Origin: Cyanophora paradoxa CCMP329
Taxonomy: Eukaryota; Plantae; Glaucophyta
DNA length: 64,000 nt
NCBI GenBank assembly: GCA_004431415.1
Contig: QPMI01000203.1
Coordinates: 94,641 to 158,640, forward strand
Direction of reading: 5' to 3'
Position numbers and translations under genes: made by a program. Below the pieces are notes generated by a model. The model did no database searches. It saw nothing but the letters and a program-made list of their open reading frames with translations, and was not told where the DNA came from. Of the stretch, positions 11,102-27,500 are shown one piece after another (position 1 is the first letter of the stretch; every line of letters begins with the position of its first letter).

Positions 11102-14100
11102 ATGTTCTGCGTGGCCTCGATTCCGGGGCGTAGCTTGCGGTCGCGGTGGTCGGAGAGTAGCGCAAGTTGCAGCGTCGGCGCAGGTTGGCTACAGGTCGAC
11201 AGGGCGCCGCGCAGCTGCTGCACCTTCGTCGGCGCCGGTCGTCGTTGGCGCTGGATCGCCAGCTCCGACTTCCTGCACCGGCGTAGACTCGTCTTTGCCG
11301 GCGCTCAGATCTGCGGCCAGTCGGCATGGAGGCCGCCCTCGAACCAGATCGTGCGAAGCAGCAAGCGCCCTTGCTCGCCGTCGTCGAACGCGCAATGTGC
11401 GCAGGGCAGCGTAGAGTTGAACCGCCAGATCGTGGATGCGGGAAGGGGTGGAGATATCGAGGGCCTGCGCGCTCTCATCGGGCAGAACTGTTATCGCTTC
11501 TCGGCACGCCTGCGCACCCCGGCTTTTGAAAGGCTGCATGACCCCTGACCGCTCCTGCAGGCCGTCAATCTTAGCACAGCCGCGTACCAGCTGGGGCAGG
11601 CGGCCAAGCGGGGAGAGGGGCCCTTCGACGCCGAGTTCGCTCTCATCCGACGTGTGAGTTTCTGAGGGGGGCACGTCCGCTCCTCTATGCTGACGCTGCC
11701 GGCGCCTAGCGGCTGCTGCAGCTGCCGGTGGATCACATTTCCGCCCGCGCCGTCGCGTCGCTCGCGTACGAAAACAGGGCCTCTTCCTCTTCGTGATCTG
11801 TGACTCACATATGTCCTTGATAGGTACGGGGCGGCGCTCGCTGGCTATGACGACAAGCCGCTCCTCTCGCGGATCCAGCTCGTTGCTCTGGGGAGGGTCT
11901 GTCCGCCCTTCAGCTCTTGATCCTGGGGCCGGATGCGGAGCTGACACGCGATAGATAAATGAGTTCACGCCACAAGGGATCTCGAACCTGCTGTGGGCAC
12001 TGGCCAGCCTTGGGGCGCCCCGCAGCCGCATCTTCGACGCCACGTGCCTGCCTGCCCTCGCGCAGCGGCCCCCGCTCTGCCTCATCCGCCCGCAGGCTGG
12101 AGGCGTGGATCCCCAAAATCAGGCACGCCACAGGCCTTGCCGACGCTCCAGGGGACGCGCGGGCGGGTGATGCGGGCGCAGGTCCTTCAAGCCGCAGGAG
12201 GCCGTCTGCATCGTGTGGGCCTTCGTGAAGACCGGGATCACCGACGAAGGTGCCTGGTGCCTCGGCGCACACACTGCGGCGTCAGAGTGAGGGTGACGGG
12301 GGCCCCGCAGCGCTCGCCCGCGCCGTCATCGAGTCCTTCCGCGTGCGCGCGCCGCACCCCGGGCCCCCTTCCCCCCTCACAGCGCGCAACCATCGCGCAG
12401 TTCCGCATCCCTCAGCTGAACCCCCAGGTGCGGGAGGTGCCGGCGAGGGCGCGGGGTGGGGTGGGGCCGACGGGGCGCAGGACATCACGCTGCTGCTCTG
12501 GGCGCTGTCGAAGGGGAGCTTCGGACCGATGTCAGGTTTCATGGGAGATCTCGTGCAGCACATCAGCGCAATCCTGCCCCGCTTCCGGCCATCCTCCCTC
12601 GTCCGCCGCCCCGCCCGCCCGCCTCGCCCCGCGCGCGACGCGGCCGACGCGGGGCGCGGCCGACGCGGGACAGCCCTCGGTTCTGCTCTCGCTTTCGTCG
12701 ATCGGGGAGGTGGACGAGGGGCTCTTTCGGCGGGCGGCGTTGCAGATCGCGCCGATGCTGCCGTCGCTGACGGCGCAGCAGCTCGCGAATCTCGTCTACG
12801 CCTTCGCCCGCTCCGGCGCCGCCGAGCCCTTCATCGTCGAGAGCATCGCCGCGGAGATCGACGCGCGCCTCTCCGGCGGGGGCGCCGCGGGGCCTGCCGG
12901 GGGCCCGCCCGAGCGGCGCGTGCTGGCCGACGTGGAGGCCCTCGCCACCGTCGCCTTCTCCCTGGGCCTGCTCCGCTACCGCAACCCCTCCCTCTTCCAG
13001 AAGCTCGCCCGCGCCGCCCTCCCCCAGCTCCCCGACGCCTCCAACCAGCACCTCGGCATGCTCGCCGTGCGCCCCGCCCCGCGCCCGCCCCCCGCCTGGC
13101 CCGACCCGGCCCTCACGCCCCCGCAGTACGCAGTGAGCCTTACCCGCTTCTACGACGCCCAGCTCGCCGCCGTGCGCGCCGGCCCGCCGCCGCCGCCGCC
13201 GCCGGGCGATCGTGCGGGGGGGCGCAGGGCCTGATGGCGGAGGCGGAGTTCCGGGACCTGGGGGCGCTGCACCCGCTTGTCGCCACGCGGCTCGTCCTCT
13301 GTGCCGCGACGCTCCGCCTGGGCGACATGGCGCGGCCGCTGGTCGAGGCCCTCGCGGCGGGCGGGGAGGGGGCCGACGAGGGCGACCCGCAGCAGATCCG
13401 CCTCCTCGTCTCGCTCGCGTACTGCGTGCTTGTTTTAGAGTACGGCTCTGACCTCCTCCGCGGCATCCTCGTGCACCCCGCCCCGCCCCCGCCGGCCCCG
13501 CCCCGCCCCGCCTGACGCGCGGCAGATGCGCATCGCGGCGGCCTACAAGCTGAACCCCCTCGGCTTCACCGACCTCCAGCTCCGCCACCTCTACAGGCCC
13601 GCCCCGCCCCGCCCGCCCGCCGCGCCCGCCCAGGCCCCGGCGGGCTCTGACGCGCGGGGCAGCATCTGCGTGGCGCTGCAAGTGGAGGAGCCGGCGCTGC
13701 TGCCGCTCGTTCCGGCGGAGCTGCTGCGGAGGGTGAAGGCGCTGCACTCCGAGGGCCAGGACGCCGGCGGGTACTCGCCGCCGGCGCGGTGGACGCTGGA
13801 CGACAGCTACTGGGCGGCGGACGACGAGTCGCCCTCGGGGAAGATGGCCGAGTGGCGGGACGAGGTCCTCGCGCTCCTCCCCGCCGCCGTCGGGCCCGGC
13901 CGCGTTGAGGAGAACCTGCGCGTCTCGCTCCGCGCCCTCCCCGGCATGTCCTCCTCCGCCCCCGGCGGGGGGTGGGGCGTCACCGTCGACTTCGCGCTTC
14001 CAGACCGCACTGCGATCGTGCTGCACGGACCCCTCCGCAGCCTCTCCAAGGCCCACGGCAGCGTGCCCGACGGGCGGACCCACCTCCGCATGCGCCTGCT

Positions 14101-14203
14101 GCGCGCCCTCGGCTGGCGCACCGCCCTCCTCTCCTTCCACCAGTGGAGCAAGGCCCCCGACCGGGCCGCCCGCATCGCGCTCATCCGTGACCTCCTCCGC
14201 TAG
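11102..14203 (+). CDS. Helical-repeat RAP-domain (FASTK/OPR/HPR-like) organellar RNA-binding protein
   Basis: Helical repeats such as LTAQQLANLVYAFARSG and EALATVAFSLGLL. C-terminal RAP-like VDFALPDRTAIVLHGP...THLRMRLLRALGWRTALLSFHQW. Stop at 14203; start approximate. Confidence 0.8.
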
Positions 14204-14439
14204 CATTAGTTCAGATTCAATTTATTCCTGTGCAGACTGCGGAACGCACGCTCGCCGGCGCTAGCGCTAGCGCTGCGCAGCAATGCACGCACAGACAGCA
14301 CAGCGCTAGCTATCCCGGCTAACCGCGCGCGCAATTCCGATCCCCGGCCCGGTGGCCGCCGCCGCCCCCCCCCCCCCCCCCCCCCCCGAGTCGCGTAGCG
14401 GGTACAGCGCGTCTAGGCTGCCGAAGTTGCAGTGCCGAA

Positions 14440-17155
<2,716 letters not shown>

Positions 17156-17724
17156 CCGGCTGCACCCTCCGCACCTCCCCCCTTTCCCACCACCTCTCTC
17201 TCGAGCAACTCGAACTGCCTTTTGCACACATAGGACTCTTTCCGTTTGTCGTATAATTAATCAGCTGTTCCGCCTTCTTCTCGAGGTCATGACCGGGGCC
17301 GCTGCGGGTCCCCCGGAAGCACCACGGGCTCGGATCGTGTTATTCGCACAGCTGTCGGGTGGCGCAGCGCGCGCATTCATTGCACATCTCGGGCGGCAGC
17401 ATGCGCAGCTGCAGCGCAGCACGGCGATCGTGATTGATCTGGCTGCTGGGCGGATTGAAACTAGAGCTGAAGGGGGCGCCAAAGCTAGGGTGCGGCCTGG
17501 GTCGCGGGCGGGCGGGCGGGCGGCGGGTCTGCGGGGCCGCGTGGCTAAGAGTTCCACGAGGAGGAGCGCTTGATGCTGGGCGGCTCGAGGGCCGCCTGGT
17601 GGCTCGGCGAGTGCGCCCCCTGGTGCCCCGGCGAGATCGCCCGCCCCGACGCGGTCGGGGAGACGCGGTACGAGGGCGGGCGCGCCAGGGAGCCAGCCGG
17701 CCGCGTCGCCACCTCCGCGAGCTG

Positions 17725-20348
17725 CTAGCGCCTGAGCACGCGGCCCCGTAGGCACGCGCAGGGGCGGGGCGGCACCATGGCGCTCGCCTCAGCGACGAAC
17801 GAGTGCTGCCCGCTCTCGGCGGCCCCGATGGAGGCCGCCGCGGCCGCCCGCCGGAAGGAGTCGATCTGCGGCCCGTCGACGGCGGCGGGGCGCGGGGCGC
17901 GGGGCGCGGGGGCGAGGGCGGGGCGGACGGTGGCGTCGGCGCGGGCGAGGAGCTCGACGGTCTTGCGGAGGGCGAGGTCGTCCCGCCGCTTCTGCAACTG
18001 CATCCGCTCCACCGCCCGCCGCAGCTCCTCGTTCTCCGTCGCCAGGCTCGCCACCTGCCGCCCCGCCCCGCGCCGTCACGGGGGCTGGGCGGGGGCGGCG
18101 GGGCGGGCGGGGCGGGCCTGCTCTTCGAGGTCGCGGACGTGCTGCTCCTTGCGGAGGCGCGAGCGGAGCGCCGACTCGCGGTTCTTCAGCTTGCGCAGTG
18201 CCTGCTTCGCCTCCTTGCTGTTCGGGTCCGCGAAGTCCTCCGCGTTCAGCTGCCGCCCCGTCACGCCCCGCCCTGCGCCCCGGCCCCCGCGCCCGCTCCC
18301 CCCCGCACCTCGGCCGACTGCGCGCTGCCGCGGCGGCGCCCCGCGCCGGCCGCCGCCCGCTCGCCGCTGGAGCCGGAGGACTTGCCCGTGGCCCCGGCCG
18401 GCACCCGCAGCTCCGCGTTCGCTGCGCCCCGTCGGCGGGGCGGGGGCGGGGCGGGGGCGGGGCGGGGCGGGGCGGGCGCACGGGAGGCGGGCTGGGCGGA
18501 GGAGAAGGAGGAGCGGCGGGAGTTGCCCGGGGAGGGTCGTGCTTGGGGCGGGCGCGGGAGCCGGTGGAGGAGGCGCCGTCGTCGAGGTCGGAGTCGATCT
18601 CGGAGGAGGCGTTGGACATCTCCGAGAGGCTCCGCTTCCGCGCCATCTCCCGTGCGCCGCCCACGGGCCCAGCTGCTCCCGCGCGGGCTCCCCGCCCCTC
18701 CTGCACGCTCGCCGCCGGCGCCGAGGAGCGGCGCCGCGCGCGCGGCCGGCGGCGCGGGGGGCGACGGCGCCGAGCTTGGCGGAGGCGGGGGCGGCGACGG
18801 CCTTGAGGGAGGGGCGGGCGGGGGCGTCGTCGTCGTCGTCGAGGTTGATGTCGTCGGCGTACTCGACGTCGGGGCCCTCGTCGCCGGCCCCGTCCCCGTC
18901 CCGCTGCATCTGCTCCAGGTGCGCCCGCAGCTGCTCCCGGAAGTCCCGGCCCCGCACCGTCGCCTCCGTCAGGATGATCGAGGGCATCGGCTGCGAGCCG
19001 GCCGACGGCAGCTCCGGCGACTGCGCCGTCCCCAGCGACGAGAGCGACGCCGGGTGCGACACGTGCGCCGCCGCTGCCGCCAGCGGCGGGTCCGGCCCCA
19101 GGGCCAGCGTGTGCAGCGGGAGCGTGAGCGGGGAGGCGGAGGTGGTCGAGGAGGTGGAGCCGAGGCGCGGGAGGAAGCCGCCGGGCAGGACCGTGCTGCC
19201 GCCCCCCGCCGCCTCCACGTGCATTTTCTCCGAGAGCGTGCGCGGCGCCTGGTAGCCCGCGATTGGAAGCACCGATCCCGGGAACGTCGCGGCATGCGCG
19301 AGCAGGCCGCTGTCGTGCAGGTCCCCTGCCCCATGCGAGCTGTGCAGCACGCTGAAGGTCGCCGGGTCCGGCAGCGCGCCCCGCAGCGCTGCCGCGTTCG
19401 CCGCCTGCATCTGGTACGCGTCTAGAGAGCTGCGCCGCGGGGCACGCGCATCAGCTGCGCCGACACGAGGCGAAGCACGCATGCGCACTCTCCAGGGGGC
19501 ATCGGCAACATGGTTGAGCTGTCCTGCTTCGTCAGCGACAGCAGCTGCTGGCAGAAATCCTCGACCGGCAAGTTCCGCGCTCGCTTGTTGCTGCAGGGGC
19601 CTCATCAGCAGGGCCACAGCGCCGCTCAGCGCCCAAGCGCACTCGTGGTGCAGCAGGCTAGAGTCAAGACGATCAAGCGCCTGGCCCAAAGTCATTTCCG
19701 CGATTGGCGTCACAGGGGTCGTGCCCGATCGCGCCCCTCCGGCCTCGGAAGAGGACGCAGCTGGCGGCTGTTGAATACCCTGCGGGGTTGCACCGCCCGG
19801 ATTGAGCTCGCCGAGTATGTCGTGGACGTTCTGCGACCACCAGTCGTCCACTGACAAAGTAAGCGAGCCGAGGCGCTGCAGCGTGCTGTGGGGCATGCAT
19901 GAGCGGTGAAAACGTGAGGCGCAATTTGCGGCAGTGGGAGGCGGACCCGGCCTGCTCCTGCTGGTAGTCCGACTGCACAGGCGTACGCGCGAGCGCCTCG
20001 ACAAGTTTTGATATCTTCACGTCCTTCAGAGACCGGACGCTCCCGCTCCCTTCCGCTCTCTTGTCGACCTGTTGACGATGAGCCCTACGCGATGAACCTC
20101 GCGGATCGACCAGCGGACCTCGTGTATCAGATCTTCTACAGGGAGCGACCCTGTCAAACGAGGTGCGGGTGAGCTGGCGACCCCCCCGGATTCATGAATG
20201 GCATGCATGGGCACAGACCGATGGCGCTGTTCAGATTCCCGCTCAGCGATAGAGACGAGAGCTGTCCCGAGCTGAGGTTGAGGCTGCCACTCAATTCGAG
20301 CTCGTCTTCTCTGTGGGACGCGGCATGCTGGCCGCCGCCGCTTGACAT
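17725..20348 (-). CDS. bZIP transcription factor
   Basis: KQALRKLKNRESALRSRLRKEQHVRDLEEQ|VASLATENEELRRAVERM is a basic region plus leucine zipper (~18000-18230). Long low-complexity N-terminus; start approximate. Confidence 0.85.
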
Positions 20349-20531
20349 CGCGGATATTCCGCAGCGCGGATCGGCGTCTCCCCTGCACTACTACTCGCAG
20401 GGGGATTTGATTACGCTTCGCCTCCTCTGCTCGTCACAGTCGTGCTGCGGTCGTGGTTCTAGCGTATACCCCAGCTTTCGCCGCAGTTTGCCGCCAGCTT
20501 CCCTGCGCCCCCGCCGCGCTGGAAGGCCGAG

Positions 20532-22463
20532 ATGAGCGCGTTATGCTTCTCGCAAGCGTTCCACGCGTGCTGGCAGGCCCTGACGCCCAGTAGAAGGCCG
20601 CCAGCCCAGCAAGTGGATGCCACTGGCTTCACGCCGCGACAGCTCGTCTTCGATGAAGCTGAGCATCCGCAGCAGCCTGTAGACGTGCTGCCGCGCTTGT
20701 CCGAGCCCCCGCCCCCGGTTGAACCGGCCCAGCCACCGCCAGACCATGACGCGCCCATCGAGAATTCAGTCTCGGAGCCAGAGCCGAAGCGAGAACCAGC
20801 AACCGATGCCGCGCTGGAGCAGGCTGCGGCTGCCACGCGTATCGCTGCCGCGTACCGGAAGCATTTGAAACGAAGGGCGCTGGACCCTGGCCCCGTCGAG
20901 GCAGCACCGTCTTCATCGGTGTCACAGCTCGAGGATGAGATGGACTGGATCGCAAGGTGCCTGCTGGCGAGTGCCCGCGACACGGAATGGTCCCTCCGCG
21001 TCCTGGCGATGCGCCGCCTGCAAGCCCTCGCCCTGGGAGGCCCCGAGAACACGTCCGTCTTCGAGTCGCGCATCGGACCTATCGTGCCGGGCCTCATCCA
21101 GCAGGTGCCATCCCTCCCACGCTGGGCGCCGCGGCGGCTGACGCTCCCTCCGCGCGCAGGCGTGCGACCTGCGCTCGTCAGTCGTGAAGGACGCTTGCAA
21201 CGCCATATCCGCCCTCGCGAAGCTCCTCGGGCCCAAGTTTGAGCCGCACGCAGAGACCATCGTCCCAGGCGCCGCCTCCGCCCCCGCCCCTGCACGAGGT
21301 CCCTCTCACACGCGCCTGCAGCTCTCTTCAAACTCCTCTTCGTAACGATCAAGGTCTCTTCCTCTCCGGGGCGCCGCCAGCTGCCCTGACGCCGGGCTGC
21401 TCGCAGGCGATATCGGAGGCGGGGAACGCGTGCATCCGGTCCGTGCTTCAGAGCTCCGCCGTCTCCCGCGCCGCCCTCTCCGCCATCACCGACGGTGCCG
21501 CTTTCTCGCCACCCGGCCGCTCGGCTCCGCGCGAGACGGGGCGGCAGGGGCGACGGCGCACAAGCACGGTGCGACGCGGCAGCGGTGCGCGGAGTACATG
21601 CTGCTGCTGCTGGAGAGCGCCGCCGCCCGCGAGCGCCTCGCCGCCGACCCCGAGTCCCGCGAGCGCCTCGCCGCCGCCATCCAGGTGGGGCCCTGTCCGC
21701 CCCGCTCCCCCGCCCCCTCGAGCCCTGCATTCAAGGTCCCGTCACCGGCAGCGGTGCCTGGCGGACGCGCAGGCGGGGGTACGGGAGACGGCGCGGCGCT
21801 GCTTCGCGCCGTTCCGGGGCATCTACGGCGCCTCGCACGCCGACGCGTGCGCCCGCGCCGCGCCGCCGGCTGGAGGCCGCACGCCTCCGCACGCCTCACC
21901 GCGCCGCAGGCTCCTTGCGAGGCTCGACGCGGCGACCCAGCGGCAGCTGCGCAAGGCTTCGCCGACCCGCCCGCGGCCGGCCTCGCGCGGGGCCCCGCCG
22001 CCGCCGCCGCCGGGCGCGGCTCGGACACCCGCTCGATGATCCAGGCGGCGCGCAAGGCGAGCTTGAGAGCCGCCGGGCGCGGCGCCCCGCCCCCGGGGAG
22101 GTCGAGGTCGTGGCCGGGAGACGGCCCGCCAACCTGGCGAGCCCGCCCCCGCACCGCACCCCGCGCTCCTCCTCCTCTGCGGCGCCCGGCTCGGCCGCGA
22201 AGCCCGCCAGGGCCAGCTCGGCGCACGCGGCGAGCACGTCGCAAGCGGAGGCTGCGGCGGCGGCCGCCTCGGGAGCGCTGAGCGCGGTGGCAGAGAACGG
22301 GGCGGCCGCCGGGACGGCAGCTTCGCGGCGCTCCCTCGGCAAGTCGCCCTCGCGCCCCGTCGTGCCCCCGATCCCCCTCCACAAGACCGAGCCCGGCACC
22401 TCCTCCTCCGGCCGCTCCGCCTCCGCCCGCGCCTCCGGCACCTCCCCACGGCCCTGGCGCTAG
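20532..22463 (+). CDS. CLASP N-terminal/TOG-like HEAT protein with an IQ-like motif
   Basis: EWSLRVLAMRRLQAL...DLRSSVVKDACNAISALAKLLG...LFKLLFVTIK|AISEAGNACIRSV...RQRCAEY...CLADAQAGVRETARRCF. IQ-like AATRIAAAYRKHLKRR. Confidence 0.8.
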
Positions 22464-22693
22464 ACTCTCCCGCCCCGAACCCCGCCTCTCCCACTTCTCA
22501 CCCCTCTCTCCTGCACGCGCCACGAGCCCCTCTCAACCACTCACCAGAACCTGCCGCCTCCCCTGTGTTGCTCGGCGCAAGCGAATTGCAGTCTCAATGC
22601 TCCGCTTCTCCAGCCCGCGGTGATCACATGCATAATTACGGCGCCCGAGGCGTTGGGGGAAGGGCATGGATGCAGCAATGACTGCGCTGATGA

Positions 22694-24250
22694 TCAGAGC
22701 GTGGGCTCCTGCGCGGCTCGCTCCTCAGAGGGGAAGAGGAGGCGGGACTCGGGGCAGGGGTCTCCCGCGGCGGGCGGCTCCTGGGCCTCGGCCCAGCCCT
22801 CGAGCTGCGCCGGCGCCGCCCCCGTGGCCGCCGCCAGGCGCTCGAGTGCGGACCGCAGCAGCCTCCGCAGGCGGCGGGCCTCGCCGCGGGCCGCCACCTC
22901 GGCCTCGCAGGCGCGGGTCATCTTGACGGCGAGGAGGGTGATGCTCTCTTCGGCGTCGGCGCGCAGGCGGCGCTCCTCCTCGAGCGCCGCCCGCGCGTCG
23001 TCGGCGGAGAGGAGCGGGCCCCCCGAGGCCTTCCTGAACTCCCCCTCCAGGCTGTTCAGCAGCGTCCGCAGCTTGGGGAAGAGCGCCGAGCCTGCGTTGT
23101 ATGCCTTTTCTCGAGTCAGGGTCGAGTTTCCGGAGCTCCCGAGCAGGGGCAGCAGGGCGGGAGCGCCGCACCCGCGTTGCCGCCGCCTTGGCGCTCGAGC
23201 TCACGCCGTCGGCCTGTGCGCGCGTCGGCGGGGCCGGCACGGCGGGAAGTGCGGGGGCAGACGCGGGGCCGCTTGGAGGCGTTGGTGGCGGCGGGCTTCG
23301 GCTTGGGCTTCTCCTCGTGCGCCGACTCCTCAGTCTCCGACTCCTCCTCGCCGGACGAAGAGCTCCCGCCGTCCGCCCTCCGCTTCCTGCCCCGCGCAGC
23401 CGCCGGCGAGGACGCCTGCCGCCTGTCGCGCGCGGCAGCGGGGCGGCGCGCGCGCCGCGCACCGACTTGCGGGGCGAGGTGAAGAGCCGGGGGATCGTGC
23501 CGGAGACATAGGACTCGCACGACCTGACGGCCTCCTCCCTGCGTGGCTCCCCCGTGAGCGCCGGCGGCTGCCGCGGGAGCGCGGGGGCCCGGCGCACCAC
23601 TCCTCAAGGCCGTGGCCCCGGATGTTCGTCTTCTTCTTCGCAAACTCCTCCCGCACTCCCTGCCGCCTCGTCAGCCGGCTGCCCGCTAACCGGCCTTCCC
23701 CAAAAAGACAGACCTCCGCGATGGCCGAGTCGCCGCCGTCGAAGTCGATCGTGATCTTCGGATCGATGGTTGCTCGCGAAAACTCGCCCGTCCCGAACCA
23801 CTGAGGACGCCCGTCAACAGTGCACTCGTGCTGAGGCGTCGAGGTGCAAGGGCGTCGACGCGGCGAAGCTCCTGTCGCGCACCTGGATTACGCATTGAGG
23901 TCGAGTAGACCAGCGCGCTGGGTCGCGAAGATCCTCTGCGCGCGCTGGAGTCGGCCGACGGCGAGGGGCGGACGCCGAGGTTGCGCGCTCACCAGGGACG
24001 TCGGGGTGTGAAGGATCGACGACCACGGCCGGCCAAGTAGGGAAGCCCTGCATTTTCACCCTGCACATAGGGCAAGCGCATCGCTCCGTCGGACTGGCGC
24101 CCGTTCGAACGCGCACGACGGCGTTTCGTACCACAGTCGCTTCCAGGGCTGCGCGTGCGAGCTTGACGAGTCCCTCCGGGTATCCTTGGACTCGCTATGG
24201 CGCGTTTGGCGCCGCTCAGGCTCGCCAACGCGTTTTCGCTTGTCCGCCAT
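22694..24250 (-). CDS. PWWP-domain chromatin protein with a C-terminal coiled coil
   Basis: VKMQGFPTWPAVVVDP...CVIQ|WFGTGEFS, acidic/basic linker, coiled-coil tail. ATG at 24250 (MADKRKR, NLS-like). Confidence 0.7.
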
Positions 24251-24504
24251 CAAAACGGGATGGGCGCTCCGATGCAGGTTGCTGCAGCTCAATGGACTAG
24301 CTTGTACTAGCGCTCGCTGCGATCGCTGGGGCGCTCTGTCTCTCGGCACTTTGAATGAGAAAGGTTTAAAGGTTCGACGCTGGTACCCCCCAAAGGACCA
24401 AGTCCGACCCATTAACGCGGCTAGTGCCAACCACGCGAGAAGACGGGCTGCCAAGTGAAGGCCGAGGAATCGAAGAAGTGGCTGGACAGCTCGCCCCCGC
24501 AGAG

Positions 24505-27500
24505 ATGGACCCCGCGGTCCTCGAGGCGGCCCTCCGGCGCTTCGAGACGCAGCTACGCTCTCCAGACTCGGCGCTAGCGTGGTTGGTCCGCGCCCAGATC
24601 AAGATCATACGTACGACCGGGCCCCTCCGCGTGGTTCGGAACGCGCGTGATCTGACGCGAGTCCGGCGCGGCAGTCGAGCGGCCTGCGCTTCACGGGAAG
24701 CTGTGCACCGTCCTCGTCGACCCCGATCACCGGCTACCACCCCTCGACGCCGAGGACGGCGGCTACGGCGCGCTCTTCGAGGCTCTCGGCTTCCGACAGA
24801 AGAACGCAGGCGTCAATCCTCACAAGTGGGAGATCCTGCCGCGCTACCCGTATGCGGCGCTGGCGGCCGCCCTCGCGAAGCTCGCGCCCTCGTCTTTCGG
24901 GTTCATCGCGAGCCCCCAGCTCAAGGTGAGGGCGTGCCCGCGGCCCGTTACGGTTCTCCCAGTGGCGCGCGCTTTGTCTGAGAGCCTTCCGGTGCGCCGC
25001 CGCGCGGAGCCGCTTGCAACGCGCTCGCTGAAAGGGCCGCAGCAACCGCCGAGGCCGTCGCGGCGGCTGACGGGGGCGGCGGCGGCCTCGGTCGCCGCGA
25101 AGGAGGCGCGGCTCGCCTCGGGGTCGTCGGGGGGTTCGGGCCCGCCCCCCTCGCCGGCGGGGCAGGCCGGCGCGACGGCGGGGGGCAGCCGAAGTCGAAC
25201 CCGGCGCGGACGGCGGCGGCGACGGCGGCGGCGATCGCGGCGCGGAAGCGGCGGGCAGAGGAGCGCCTGCGACAGGTGCGGGCGGGGGGCTCGGACCGCG
25301 AGAGCGGCCCCAGCGACGACGACGCCGCCGACGAGGCCGCCCCGTCGCCCCGGCCCCCAAGCGCCGCCCGGCCCCGCAGCGGGCCCCGCCCGAGCGCGCG
25401 GCCGCGGAGACGTTGGGCTCGGTAGGGCGGGCCGGCGGGAGGGGCGGGAGGCGGCCCCGAGGCGGGGCGGAGCGTGGAGCAGCAGGCGCAGCTGCGGGCG
25501 GCGGCGCGGGAGCGGGCGCGGCTGGCGGCCGGCAACGCGGCGGCGGCGGCGGCGGCGGTGGCGCTGGGGCCGCTGGGGGCGGGAGGGGAGGGGGCGGCGG
25601 TGCCCGGGCGGCGGGGCGGGAGCGTGTGGAGGAGTACCTCGAGGCGGAGGCCGCCCTCCTCGACGCCCTCCGCCGCCCCTGCCCCCCGTCCGCGCCGCCC
25701 CCGGCCCGGCCCCGGCCCGCGTGACGGGGAAGCAGGGCCCGGTGGCGGGGTTCGGGCTGCTGGGGCGGGGCGGGTGGAGGGCCCGTCGCCGCGGGACTTC
25801 CGGGAGGCGGTGGTGGCCCCGCACGAGGCGGCGGTGCTCGCGGGGCCGTCCACACGCGCCGCTCGGGGGCCGCCCTCTGGCGCCCCGCCGCCTTCGAGCC
25901 GCTCGCCGCCGCCCCGCTCGCCGCCACCGAGGCCGCCTCCGGCCGGCCCCTCCGCCTCCCCTCGCCGACCTCCTCGCCCCTTCCGGTGCACCCCGCCCCG
26001 CCCGCCCTCCTCCGGCGGGGCGGGGCTGAGGGGCGGGCAGGGGCGGGGCGGGCGGGCGCTGGCGCTGCTGACGCACGAGGGGGCGCACGAGCTCGCCGCC
26101 CTCCGCCCCGAGCTCCAGGCCGACCTCCACCTCCCGCCTACCTCCGCCCCGACGGGCCCGCCCGCCCCCGCCACGCCACGCCCCTCGCCCGCCTGAGGCG
26201 CGCCGGCGCAGGCCGGACAGCCTGCTGGCGTACCAGGGGCCGGGCGGGCGGGCGAGGTGCGGGCGGCCGTGGAGCTCTCGCCGCGGCTCGGGCACGCGCC
26301 GCTGCACGTCCACGCCGGCGGCCTCTGGTCCTGGACCTTCGTCGCCCACGGCGGGCCCCGCCTCGCCCTCCTCTGGCCCCCGACCGCCGTCCGTGCCCCC
26401 CCCCCCCCCTCCCCCCCCCTCCCCCCCCGCCCGGCGTCGGCTCGGAGCTGAGCTGCGCGCAGGTGCCCGCGCTGGCGGCGCTGCCGGCGGTGCGGCGGGC
26501 GGGGCCGGGGCGTGGGCGGGCCCGTACGTGCCGCTGCGGGAGCTGCTGGGGCGCCGGCGGCGCTGCGGCCGCGGCTGGCGGCGGTGGAGGCCGGCGAGCT
26601 GCTCGTCATCCCCGCCGGCTGGGCCCACCAGTTCCTCGACCCCGTCCGCCCCCCGCCCCCGGCCCGCCCCGCCCCTGCCCGCGCCCCGCGCCGCCGACGC
26701 GGCAGCAGCGGCCGCTGGTGGCGGCCTCGGCGGACTTCCTCCCCTCGAGGCCGTGCCCCGCTCCCTCGCCCTGCCCCGCGTCCGCCCCCCGCCCGCCCCG
26801 CCCCGCCCTCCCTGCCCGACGGGCGGGGCCGCAGGACGGGCCGCTGGCGGCCCGCGTCGGGGGCGCCCCGCTGGAGCGGCTGCTGTGGCACGCCGCCTGC
26901 GCGACGCTCGCCGCCGGCAACGCGCTCGCAGCCGGCGGGGCCCCTCGCGGGAGGCGGCGGGCGGCGTGCAGCAGCGCGCGCGGGCGGCGCTTGCGGCGCT
27001 GCAGGCGCTCGCCCTCGAGGAGGCCGACCCGCGCGGGCGCGCCGAGCTCGTCGCCGACTGGGAGGCGCCCCGCCCCGGGCCCCGGCGCCCCGCCCGCCAC
27101 CTCTCCGCCGCCTGCTGCCCACCCCCCACCGCCCCGCACCCGGCCCGCCCCTCTCGCAGGTCGCCCCGCCCCCTCGCCCAGCCACCCCGCGTCGTTCCGC
27201 GGCTGAGGCGAGGGCGCAGCTGCGGTGCGAGGAGTGCGGGCGGACGATCTTCAGCGCGCACGCGCTGTGCCCCGCCTGCGAGGACGGCCCCGCCCGCCGC
27301 CCCGCCGTTCTCTGCCTCCCCGTTCGCCCCTCCCGCCCCCTCCCGCCCCGCGCCATTCCGCTCTGCTCATGACGGGTGGTGCAGTGCTTTGGGGGCGGGG
27401 GCCCGCTGGCAGCCGCACAGGAGGCGGGGCGTGTGGAGGGCCGGTGCCCTCACCGGGGGCGGTGCACCGGCGCGGCTCCGGCCGGCGCGGCTGCGGCAGG